Shown here piece by piece: positions 47,732 through 58,170 of a DNA stretch of 64,000 nucleotides; the first letter of the stretch is position 1, and each line of letters begins with the position of its first letter. The stretch is from the NCBI GenBank assembly GCA_010405405.1, contig MU004231.1, forward strand, positions 4,328,884-4,392,883, in the 5' to 3' direction. The notes under the pieces are model-generated. The model was not told the origin of the DNA and did no database searches. It saw nothing but the letters and a program-made list of their open reading frames with translations. This stretch comes from Microthyrium microscopicum. Taxonomy: Eukaryota. The position numbers and the translations under genes are program-made.

Positions 47732-50700
47732 CTACTTCCAGGGAATCCAGAAATTAGCCGAGGCCGGATTGTGAGTGAAGACTCGTCGCAAAGCGTTGTT
47801 GTGATCGTTAGGTCCCCAACCGCGACTATCGCGACCGTGATGACCGTGATGACCGTGATGACCATGATGACCGTGATGACCGTGATGACCGTGATGACCG
47901 TGATGACCGCGATGATGTCTAGCGGGGATTGGGAGCACGTCTCGAGGAGCGTGGTAAGCTGGATAGTCTGGGAAGTCTGGGAAGGCTGGAAAGGCTGGAA
48001 AAGCTGGAAAGACCGGAAAAGCTGCTGGAAAGACCGGAAATCCTGAATGGGCTGGATAAGCTGGATGAGCTGGTGTAATTTCTTGCCAGTATTCGTTTTG
48101 ATCAAGCACACTATTACAATTCCAGCAGGCGTGACGGAGGCAATAGTCCGTGTGAGCTTCGACACAGCCGAGGCACCCATGCTGTTGACAGTATGGGAAG
48201 ACAAGATGGCCATATCGATCAATACGTTCTTGGAGCGGGGGGTCTATGCACCGTGGCACATATTCCTGCTGATTGTTGGCCGCAGGCTGGACAGCACGAG
48301 AGACGCCCACTTGTGGAGAAGGACGGGCCATTCTATCATTTTCTGGAGCGGACTGGCCAACATTTGAATAGTAGCTGCGAAGAGCCTCATCAGCTGCTTC
48401 TGGCGTTATACCTGGAACACGAAGTCGCCCTTGCAATATTCGCCGCTCCTCTTCCTTTATCATTTCAACAACATTACGACGACTGTTTGAGTCCATGTTT
48501 GCGATGACTTGAGCATGAGTTCGGATCTCAGGAATCGCCTCTGGCACTGGATGAGCTGCTTGCCGAGACATGGCCGGTTGGCGATTCTGTCGTTGCTGCT
48601 GCCAATACTCTAGCTCTATTTGCTGTGCAGCAGAAGCTTGAATATCTCGCAGCTGCTCTTCGCTCAGAGGTGGATGTTGAGTTTGGTTTGGGACTTGTTG
48701 AATTTGGGCAACAGGCTCTTCGATGTGGGGAGCAGGTTGTCGGGTTCGTCTACTTCGTCGAGCTCGTCGAGGAGGCGAGACTTGCTGAACCTCTTGTTGA
48801 ACCTCTTGTTGGTCTTCTTGGTGAACCGCGGGTGTTGGAGCTTGCCGTGGACGAGGAGCAGTAGGTCGTTGCGAGCTCTGACGCTGAGTGCGTAGTGGAA
48901 GATTTGGGGGAATTGGGGAAGGAGTTCGAGTTTGTGGATGAGAGGCTTGAGAAGAGGACGAACGGGTAGATGTAGAAGTTGAGATTTCAGCTCCATCTTG
49001 CACCTCAACAGCAGTCTCTTCTGATCCAAGGGAGCCTTCCTCATCAGCCTGTTCGAGCTGAACTACTTCGTTCTGCACCTCAACAGCAGTTTCAGCTATT
49101 ATAGAGGACTCTTCCTCGTCAGACTGTTCTGAGGGAACCGCTTTCTTTGTCTCGTCAGCATCATCCATCTTGTAAGGTGGCTTATAGCTACGAACCTGAC
49201 GTGAAGACGGCTTGGAAGAGGTGCCAGTCGCAGTATTTATACCACTTTTGACGTTTTTGGGCTTGGGCACCGCAGGAGTGGCCGCTGTCAGTGTTTGACG
49301 CGTAGTCGGCGCTGTTTGACATGAAATGATGGTCACCTTGAAAGGTACAGCCGCTCGTGATGGCTGAACAAGGCCATTATTCGAGATGGTCTTGTTTGCG
49401 CTAGCAGACGCAGGTTTTGACCGTACAGCAGCCCAGTTTGGTAAGTCAAGTGGTGTCAAGTTTGTGCTCGCGGACGTAGATTTTGAGCGCACAGCAGCCC
49501 AGTTTGGCGAACCAATTGTCGTTGAGACGGTATTCTTTGTGCCAACGGACGGAGATTTGGACCGTTCAGCAGCCCGGTTTGGCGACTCAAATGAATTCAG
49601 GATGTCATTTTTCGTGCTAGCGGATGTAAGTTTTGACCGAACAGCAGCCCGGTTTGGCTGTTCCAATGCCTTCAAGTTTGTGCTCGCGGGGGGAGATTTC
49701 GACCGCAAAACAGCAGCCCAGTTTGGCGATTCCAGTGTCTTCGAGATCTTTTTTCTCGTGCTAGCGGATGTAGACTTTGACCGTACAGCAGCCCAGTTTG
49801 GCGAGTCAAATGATTTCGAGTTTGTACTCGCGGACGGAGATTTTGACCGTACAACAGCAGCCCAGTTTGGCGAGTCGATTGTCGTCGAGAGTCCTGTCTG
49901 GCCAATCTCGTTGGTTTGAGCTGGACTGTCGTGTCCAGGCGTCGCTGGCAACTTATTGCGACCAAAGCTATTCGTTTGTGCTGATTTGCGCTGTCCAGAG
50001 GTCGTCGAGATCTCAGTCTGGCCGAACAGATTGCTCTGGGTTGAATTTGACTGTCCAGGTGTCGCCCAGAATCGATCATTGGAGCTATTGCTCTTTATGC
50101 TTACAGCCGAAGATTTTGTCCCCGTCTTGGCTGACTTTGGCTTTCCAAATGTTGCAGGGACGCCTGTCCCAGCAATTGGGTTAGTTGGAGTTGTATTTTG
50201 CTGAATGATATTATTCCCGCTCCAAGCAGATCCAGTGGTCGCTCTAGCAGCTGAGTGATTGATACTTGCGTTGTCAACAACGGCCTGAAACGAAGGCGAT
50301 CTTGAAGCCTTCTTCCCAGCAGCTGAGTCGTTGCCACTTGCATTATCAACAATTGCTTGAAATGAAGTTGATCTTGATGCCTTCGTCCCCTTGTTCTTGA
50401 AGATAACCAGTGGGGATTCATTCTCCTTGTCCTCGTCTTCTTCGTCGTCCTCATGAATCGTCATAGATTGTAGGCGTGAAGACAATCCATGGCGGCTGGA
50501 TACGCTTCGTGGACGAGGTTTAGGAAAGAGCGGCGAAGGGCTGGCCTCTCGTTCGCTCTCTTGATCAATCGTGGCACGGAAGATGGGCTTAGATCGACGA
50601 GTCTCCCGGGGTATTCCAGAACCACCAGTTCCATTTCGTGGGGGAGGCTCGGGCCAGAACGGAGGAGGCTGCACTTGTTCTTCTGCTAAGGTTTCAAACG

Positions 50701-50884
50701 CGAAGCCAGATTGGACTTTCTTGTGCTTCTTTGACACCGGTGTAGAGTCGGAATCAGATGTTTGAGATCCTTCGAGAGATCCTTTTGTGTTTGGCGCGTA
50801 TTCGGCAATATCTACTGACGCCGGTAGAGTTGAAGCTCCGAGTGGCATGCGAGAAGCCTTGGCTTTAGCTTTCTTACCGCCCAT
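47732..50884 (-). CDS. Disordered orphan protein, paralog B (1050 aa)
   Basis: Long intronless ORF with the motifs shared with paralog A; ~8 SPNWAAVRSK repeats, Cys/His cluster, (PAF)n and (GHH)n tails. Confidence 0.88.
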   Translation of the reverse strand: MGGKKAKAKASRMPLGASTLPASVDIAEYAPNTKGSLEGSQTSDSDSTPVSKKHKKVQSGFAFETLAEEQVQPPPFWPEPPPRNGTGGSGIPRETRRSKPIFRATIDQESEREASPSPLFPKPRPRSVSSRHGLSSRLQSMTIHEDDEEDEDKENESPLVIFKNKGTKASRSTSFQAIVDNASGNDSAAGKKASRSPSFQAVVDNASINHSAARATTGSAWSGNNIIQQNTTPTNPIAGTGVPATFGKPKSAKTGTKSSAVSIKSNSSNDRFWATPGQSNSTQSNLFGQTEISTTSGQRKSAQTNSFGRNKLPATPGHDSPAQTNEIGQTGLSTTIDSPNWAAVVRSKSPSASTNSKSFDSPNWAAVRSKSTSASTRKKISKTLESPNWAAVLRSKSPPASTNLKALEQPNRAAVRSKLTSASTKNDILNSFESPNRAAERSKSPSVGTKNTVSTTIGSPNWAAVRSKSTSASTNLTPLDLPNWAAVRSKPASASANKTISNNGLVQPSRAAVPFKVTIISCQTAPTTRQTLTAATPAVPKPKNVKSGINTATGTSSKPSSRQVRSYKPPYKMDDADETKKAVPSEQSDEEESSIIAETAVEVQNEVVQLEQADEEGSLGSEETAVEVQDGAEISTSTSTRSSSSQASHPQTRTPSPIPPNLPLRTQRQSSQRPTAPRPRQAPTPAVHQEDQQEVQQEVQQVSPPRRARRSRRTRQPAPHIEEPVAQIQQVPNQTQHPPLSEEQLRDIQASAAQQIELEYWQQQRQNRQPAMSRQAAHPVPEAIPEIRTHAQVIANMDSNSRRNVVEMIKEEERRILQGRLRVPGITPEAADEALRSYYSNVGQSAPENDRMARPSPQVGVSRAVQPAANNQQEYVPRCIDPPLQERIDRYGHLVFPYCQQHGCLGCVEAHTDYCLRHACWNCNSVLDQNEYWQEITPAHPAYPAHSGFPVFPAAFPVFPAFPAFPAFPDFPDYPAYHAPRDVLPIPARHHRGHHGHHGHHGHHGHHGHHGHHGHHGRDSRGWGPNDHNNALRRVFTHNPASANFWIPWK
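47833..47910 (-). repeat. 9-bp minisatellite encoding (GHH)n
   Basis: (gaccgtgat)n on the + strand, ~8 units. Confidence 0.95.
47958..48072 (-). repeat. 9-bp degenerate minisatellite encoding PA(H/Y/F)/PVF/PD(F/Y) triplets
   Basis: Repeated gctggaaaa/gctggaaag/gtctgggaa units. Confidence 0.9.
49340..49880 (-). repeat. ~8 coding repeats of ~55-80 nt (SPNWAAVRSKSxSAST)
   Basis: cagcagccc(a/g)gtttgg recurs at ~49426, 49492, 49567, 49643, 49711, 49786, 49855, plus a degenerate copy near 49350. Confidence 0.95.
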
Positions 50885-51882
50885 TGCGATTATAGTGATT
50901 CTTGAAATCTATATAGGAGAAAAGGGATGATGGAAGAAAAGAAGAAAGAGGAATCGGGGAAGTGTGGTTAAGTAGGAACAGGTTTGGAAGCAGTGTTGAG
51001 GGTGTTGTTGGGAGTTGTTATGTTATGGGAGTTGCAGATGTTTGTGGGGTTTGGAGTGTGGGAGAAGTGTTGTAGAAGGATTTGGGAACGAAAGAAAGTT
51101 GCTTGCTGAAATAGTGTTCGAGAGAAGCTTCAGTGACTACTATCACATAGCAGCTTGACCGAATGCGGCCTGAAGTGACTGCACGAGCCAGGAAAGATAC
51201 CCAATATGGGAAAACTGGCAAGAACAGTGAAGGAATATCAGTAGACACTCCAACTCCGCGAGAGGACCAATGGAGGAGCCTGTCGAGGTTGAGAGAAGGT
51301 AGCCATAATGGGAGGCATGCACTGATGGTGTTGAACTCTCATATTCCGGTTGTCAGGCCAGTGATGATCGTGCGTAGAGGTTGATATATGGCAGCTACAT
51401 CTTGAAGTTCCACCTGAAAAGTTTCGACGACTGCGAATGGGCGTCGCGTCTATGGCCACAATATGATGAACATCTTGTAGCTGGAGCTGTCAAAAAGTGT
51501 CATCACTTGTGCTGTTATCATGACATGAGTCTTCCCAGCGAATACTCCAAACAGATATCTATAATCAATGAATAATGACATCTCTGCAGTATAGGAAGAA
51601 GTAATTGTTTTCCAACAAAATGACCTCTCACAGCTCGAGATTTTAGTCTTTGAATATCACCTGCAGGGCAATTAGTTTCTTAACGCCTTAGAAATGGACA
51701 TCGACATACCTTCAATGCGAAACCATTGGATATGGTTTTGTGTTCTCCTGAAGAGTCACCTTTACGCAAATAACGGACCCAAAACTGTCAAGCCCCCTGG
51801 GTTATGTTGAAAATCAAGATACGATTCAGTATTGATCCTTCATAATTATATCAATAATCCACCCCCATCGTATGCCATGTCC

Positions 51883-52446
51883 TCACTTCTTCTCCTTGAC
51901 CTCCTCACTCCCAACCGGCACCAACTTCCCCACAACCAAATACTTCTCCAAAAACCTCTCCTCCCACCCCTTCAGCGCCTCCATCTGCCCCTCATCTAAG
52001 TCTTTGAGCGGATCCAACGGCCCCTGCAAATCCTCCGTCAACATACTCTCATCAAAGCTCCCCAACGCCAACCCCCTACTCGCATCCCGCCCCGCAAAGT
52101 TCGCATATGGTCCGCCCGGTCCGTAAAAGTTTCGTCCCGGCGATACATCGAAGACTTGGCCGCGCACGGCGAAATAGATGGGTTTGTTGGCGGTGCCGTC
52201 GAATTCGGTGAGCTCAGGGGGGGTGAAGACGCGGAAGACGGTGGGTGGTGGAGCGGCTGGGGCGGTGGGGATTGTTCGTGGACGGAGACGTAGGTAGATT
52301 AGGAGGGCGAGGAGGGAGATGAGGATTAGATTTATGGGGGTGCCGATTGAGGCGCTGGGTTGGATGTTAGGTATGATGATGGGAGATGTTGGGGATGCTT
52401 ACACTTGTGTTGCGTCGGGATGGTCGGGGGAGGCTTGTTTGTCCAT
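51883..52446 (-). CDS. DAP1: Membrane-associated progesterone receptor family heme-binding protein (cytochrome b5-like)
   Basis: N-terminal TM after a short intron, FTPPELTEFDG, IYFAVRGQVFDVSPGRNFYGPGGPYANFAGRDASRGLA, WEERFLEKYLVVGKL. Confidence 0.93.
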
Positions 52447-54295
52447 GATGGGTGGTTGTGGTGGATTAGATGTCTTCTTTGGTTCTGGGTCTAGCTTTGA
52501 GAGTACTTTGATGACCCAATGAATGGTCTTTGAAATGTAGAAAAGGGTTGCGACAATGAATTGTGGTTAAGATGCTGGAGATGTAAAGTAGTTTGACGTC
52601 AAGGTTGAAACGTAGGAAGCTCGGACCTTTACAGGTTAGAACACGCGACTTCTGGAGATCATAATCCTCCCAACTACAATCCCCATTCCCCAACCATTCT
52701 GCCAGTTCAAGAAATACATAAGTCTACATGTGATGTTTAGTCCTCAGAAACCTCTCCCTTGATCGGTTCATCAAAGGCAGCGGGTTGAAATAAGTCCAAC
52801 CTTATAGGCTCATGTCCACGTGCGATCAATGGAAAAGGAACCTGAAACTTGAAGGGACCGAGGATACGTTGGCTGTCAACGAGTCAACCAGCAGCAATGT
52901 TACAGAATGAGAGTGACATTGTCGCCCAAGACCAATGGCTCAGAACATCAACATTTTCCCGGTCCTGGTGGTACAATGAACAGGAGAAGTTAACCACAGG
53001 CTTATAAGCTTTACAAACGGGAACGCAAATCAATGGACGGGTGCAAACGGCATTTCAATGAACCTAGTAACGACAAATCGAGAAGACGATGATGATATTT
53101 CGCTGGCGTATTGAAAGGGAGGCTCCGTTCTAGTTTGAAACACAAGCACAGATGACTTTGGGAGGCCGAGAGAGCCACACCACGACGCTTGGCTGCTTTG
53201 TATCGACAAGGCGAACCATGGGTGTAATCCTCGTGCTCAGGGGTCTGGATGGGCAACGGGCAACGGATAACTTGGGGAACTCAGGGATCAGACCTGGGGA
53301 GGATGTTGTAGGAAATAATGAAATAAAAGCTCAGAGACCCTTGGATGCACATTGTTGACAGGCGATAAAGGTGTTAGTGACAGAAGGTTCGTTCCAAACC
53401 CTGGATCTGCGCTAGTCCTAATCTAGGATTAGGAAGTAGAAATACTAAAATTTAGCCTCTATTAGCTATTACATCTTTTTGCCTTTTTTACCCCTTTCTA
53501 TATATTACTTTTGCCTCTATTATAGCCTAAATTCTAGGCTCTAAGAAGATACGTTTTACGTCTTTAATAAGGTATAAATATTATAGTTATTATAGTAGTT
53601 AGTTAATTAGATTCTTTAATATTTCCTTTACTAATTCTATATTCCTTAAGCTATATAAACTATATTTTATTAGTTATAAGCCTAGTATTCTAATATATTT
53701 TTATTATTTTATTATTCTATATATAAATTTTTTATAAACTATATTATTATAATCTCCTAAATTCTAGCTATTACTATATACTAGTTTTAGTATTAATACT
53801 TAATATTTAAATTATAAATTAACTTATAATATTGCTTCTAAAGTTATAATCGTTACTAAAGCTAAAACTACTATCTAAAGCTATTACTCTTTTAAGGTAG
53901 AGTTAGAAAGTACTTTACTTTACCTATTCTCTTCTATAGTAACTTATACCTCTCTTTATTACTTTACTATTTATAATACTTATTTAAATTATTAAGAAGT
54001 AATAAAAGAACCTTACTATATTATTTAATAGTAAGAAAGAATAAGAAATTAGCAAATTAAATTAAGAAATTACCTAAAGAGGTAATTCTATAAATCTTAA
54101 GAATATAAATATTCTTTTATCCTCTCTTCTTTTTTTTTTCTTCTTTTCTTCTTTATTACGTACTTTAAGCTTTATGCCTTTACTAGTACTCTTTTTACTA
54201 TATTTAGCGTTTATATAACCTTTACTATTAAGTTCCTAGCATATTCTTAATCTTAATAATTTTTTAAAAGCTATTACTTCCTTAAACTCTTAATA

Positions 54296-54730
54296 TATTA
54301 ATAGCCTTAGTATTAGTAGTACTAAAATATACTAATAGCCTTAATATTTATAAAGGTAAAGTATAAGTAATACTTCTTACTACTTTTAATTACTATCTAA
54401 TCCTTTAGTCTTTAATAATTCTTTTATTACTATTACTTCCTTAACTTTAAGGACTTAATTACTAGTAGTCCTTACCTTTAAGGACTTAACCTCTTTACTA
54501 AGCCTAATACGCTAATAGCCTTAGTATTAGTAGTACTAGAGTACGCTAATAGCCTTAGTATTAGTAATACTAGATAATGCCTTCTAACTCCTTAATAATA
54601 ACTATATTATTATACTTACTACTTCCTTTCTTATAGACTTAAGCTACTAAGTAAGTCTCTTAGAGAAACTTACTATTAATATTATATAAACTACTACTAT
54701 TATTCTTTAACTTTAAGGACTTAATCTCTT
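54296..54730. repeat. Short internal direct repeats (~33-bp ctaatagccttagtattagtagtacta; ccttaactttaaggacttaa)
   Basis: Units recur near 54300, 54512, 54546 and near 54439, 54471, 54707. Confidence 0.75.
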
Positions 54731-54874
54731 TACTACCTTAGCTATAATAATACTAAAACCTATACTACTTTTAAGTATATTCTAAATTCCTATAGAATAT
54801 TATTAATAATCCTACTACTATTAACCTAACCTTAGTACTTTAGTCTAAGCCTAATACGTTATAACTAAAAGGTA

Positions 54875-54995
54875 TATTTAGTAAAGATATATAAGTGTCT
54901 AATTATTCTATATTCTATTCCTAAGTAGAGTAGAAGAAGCATTTAGCGAAGATATATAAGTATCTAATTATTCTATATTCTATTCCTAAGTAAAG
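54875..54995. repeat. Tandem ~64-bp duplication, possibly within an LTR
   Basis: gatatataagt(g/a)tctaattattctatattctattcctaagta present twice. Confidence 0.8.
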
Positions 54996-54999
54996 AGAC

Positions 55000-57900
55000 A
55001 TAACGCTAAGCTTAAACTACTTAAAGAGGAAATCTTAGAGGCCTAAAAGGTATAAATATCTTCTCTTACTTATTCTTCTCTTCTTCTTCTTCTTCCTCTA
55101 TACTAAGGTAGTATCTCTTAAATAGAGGTATAGAGATACTAAGGTAGTATCTCCTAAACAAAGTAATAACCTATTAGAAGTACTTATTATAAGCTTACAT
55201 ATACTTCCTCTAAATAGACTAGACGTAAATTACCTAAATAAGTAATCCCTTATTTTTTAGGAGTATAAAATACTTTCTTCCTCTTCTTCTTTACCTCTTC
55301 TTTTTCTTCTTTTATATACTAAGATAGTTCCTCTAAATTAGAAGTATCTCTAAAATAGCCTACTAAGCTAAAGGAATAAGCCATAGTAACTTAATATAGT
55401 AGTAGCGTTTTTACCTTTTAATTAGAGTAGTATTAAAGATATTAGTCCTTATAAAAAGCTAGGTATTATTCCTAAGTATACTATATAAACTCTATAGAAG
55501 GATTACCTAAAATAGTAACTACTAGAGATCTTCTTATAATAATTATATTAAAGAATAGTAATAACTAGTATACCTAGATTAATTCTATAAAATAGTAAGT
55601 ATATACTCTAAATATTTAAGATTATATTAATCTAGAAAGAACTAGTTCTTCTCTAAAAGAACTAATACGCCTATCTAAAATATACCTAATAGAACCTACT
55701 ATTTCTTAAGTATCTATAAAGAATAATAAGGATTAACTTACTTAAATAGTAAAGTTAATTCCTACTTAAGAATATAATATCTTATTATAGATATATAATT
55801 TAGACTACTAAGAGTACTAAGATACTAAAAACATTATAGTTAAGATTAATAACTTTCTAAATAAGATAATATCTAAAAGTCTTTAGAACTATATTACTAA
55901 TATCTTTAAGGCTTAAGATATACTTTAAGCACTTTAGAAAGATATTTATCCTTCCTAAACTAGTATAATCTTAAAGCTAGATAAAGAATTTAATACCCTA
56001 AGAAAGAGGTATAAATAGTAAGAACTATAACTCTAGCTAACTTACTAAATATTCCTTTAAAGAGAAAGTTCTCTTTATAATAAGGATAGAATCTTTAAGA
56101 GATAGCTTATAAATGCTTTTATAGATACTACTTAAGCTCCTTACCTTAGTGCCTAGATATAGTTTACTTATTATTATATAAAAAATAAATAATTTACGCT
56201 ATTAGAGTATATTAAGAAGTATTAAACTATCTATAGTAAAGAAACTATACTAGTATTACAATCTAGTATTACTTTTACTATTACCCTTAATAGAAAGACT
56301 TAAGAAGAGATATCTTAACCTAAGAAGACTTCCTTAACTATAAATACTTATTAACCTTCTTTAATATCTAAATTATAGAGTTCTTAGAAGGATAGAAAGA
56401 TAACTCTTCCTTACCTCTATAGTAAGATAGAACTCTATAATAATTACCTTTATCTTTAACCTAATAAACATCTAAATAAATAGTATCCTAACCCTAAAGT
56501 AGAAGCTAAAGTTAAGGAGAGCCTTAAGAATTCTACGCTTAAAGCTAGAGTTAATTATATTCTATAAAGAGAGTAAGAATAAGAGCATAGTAATAATAAC
56601 TAACTACCTAAACTAATTAAACATATAGGTATTAGAATAGTAGTTATAAAAGTTATAATATCTATAGCAGTTAAGATATCTTTTAATAAAAAGTTTATTC
56701 TAAATTCTAGAGTAAATATATATATTTATAATAATAAATTCTACTTTAAGATATATAAGAGTATTTCTAGTTCTTTAATCTATAGTAGAGTCTTCTTATA
56801 AGTTATAAAATATAGTAATATAAATGTTACTATTTTAGGCTCTAAAGGATACTAAATAGTTACTCTCTATAATATTACTTATATACCTAGCTTCTATAAG
56901 AATCTAGCTTCCTACTATAGAATAAAAACTATAGAATATTACTAGAATAACAAAATAGGCTAAATTAGGTATATTAAAATAAGAAAGCTTCTAGCTAAGA
57001 TTATCCTTTCTAATATTTACTTTCTCTTTAAAAATAATCTTTACTACACCTTCCCTACAATATTATTACTTCCTTATACTTCTATAGCTTCTATATCTAA
57101 ATAGCACTAATAAATAAATTATATTAGTAAAGCTATAGTATCTTATATAGAATACACTACTAAAGGCGTAAAAATTACTCTAAATATTACCTCTTCTAAA
57201 GATACTAAAGATAATAACTATTTCTATAAAATCTATATCAAAATAAAGCAGAAGAAACAAATCTCCTATTAACTAATAGATTTAGGCTTAAAGCCCTTTA
57301 AGAAGCTTTATATTAACCTAATTTAGGTTAAGAAAGGCTATAATAATAATTACTAGATTATTTACACCTACTATGCTATTATAAAGTTCTATTTACTAGA
57401 AATACTTCCTTAGAAAATATAAAAGAACTATATTTAATTCCTATGCTACGTACTTACTATTATTAAAAATATAAGTTATAAAGTAGGCAATATTAAATAT
57501 AAGGTCCTTTAAATCTATAGGAATTATAAGGCTATAATAAGCAAAAAGTAGGATAATAAGATCTAGCTAAATAGTATTATTAAAGAACTATCTATACCTT
57601 ATACTACTTTATAAAATAGTCCTATAGAAGTATTAAGACAAATTCTAATATCTATTATAAGAGTACTAAAATAACATAGTAGTTTTCTAGATACATTATA
57701 GCCTAAACTTACTTACTTAGTAGTCTATCTACTTAATAGGATCTTAAAGAAGTAGCTAAACTAAAGAATACCCTTTAAAATAGTATTTAAATAAGTACTA
57801 AATCTCTTATTAGTCTAAATTATTAGCTTAAAAGCCTATATTTATAATCCTAATATTCTAAAGCTTAAGAAGCTTTAATCTTACTTAATTAAAAGCTAAC

Positions 57901-58170
57901 TAATAGGTTATACTAGAAGTAATATCTTTAGGGTCTAAATTCCTTTAAATAACTATATTATTAAAGTATAAGATATTATAATTAATAAAACTATTAAATT
58001 TAATACTACTATGCTTACTATAATTAATAACTAATCTACTAACGTACCTCTAAACATACTATTCTCTTATCTTAAAATAGACGTTAATAGTAGTATATTT
58101 AACTTATAAGAAGCTAAACAACAGCCTAATCAAAATTAAGAGGCATAAGATAATTAATAATAAGAATAAG
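55000..58170 (+). mobile_element. RIP-inactivated Ty1/Copia retrotransposon (protease-integrase, truncated before RT)
   Basis: FILNSRVNIYIYNN (~56694; de-RIP FILDSGA..H.C), TLYNITYIPSFYKNL, K*H**INYI (WH..MGH), FYKIYI (C..C), PFKKLYINL (PFE.LHID), PYTTL*NSPIE (PYT..QNGPAE), LIGYTRSNIFRV*IP; protease then integrase order is Copia-type. 5' boundary approximate. Confidence 0.85.

Noticed and set aside
47689..48222. Alternative-frame ORFs with (VIT)n or (VMT)n repeats
   Set aside because: Stop-free shadows of the 9-bp minisatellites in paralog B
49340..49880. Repeat-spacer pattern superficially like a CRISPR array
   Set aside because: Eukaryotic locus, repeats are in-frame coding units with related spacers, no cas genes
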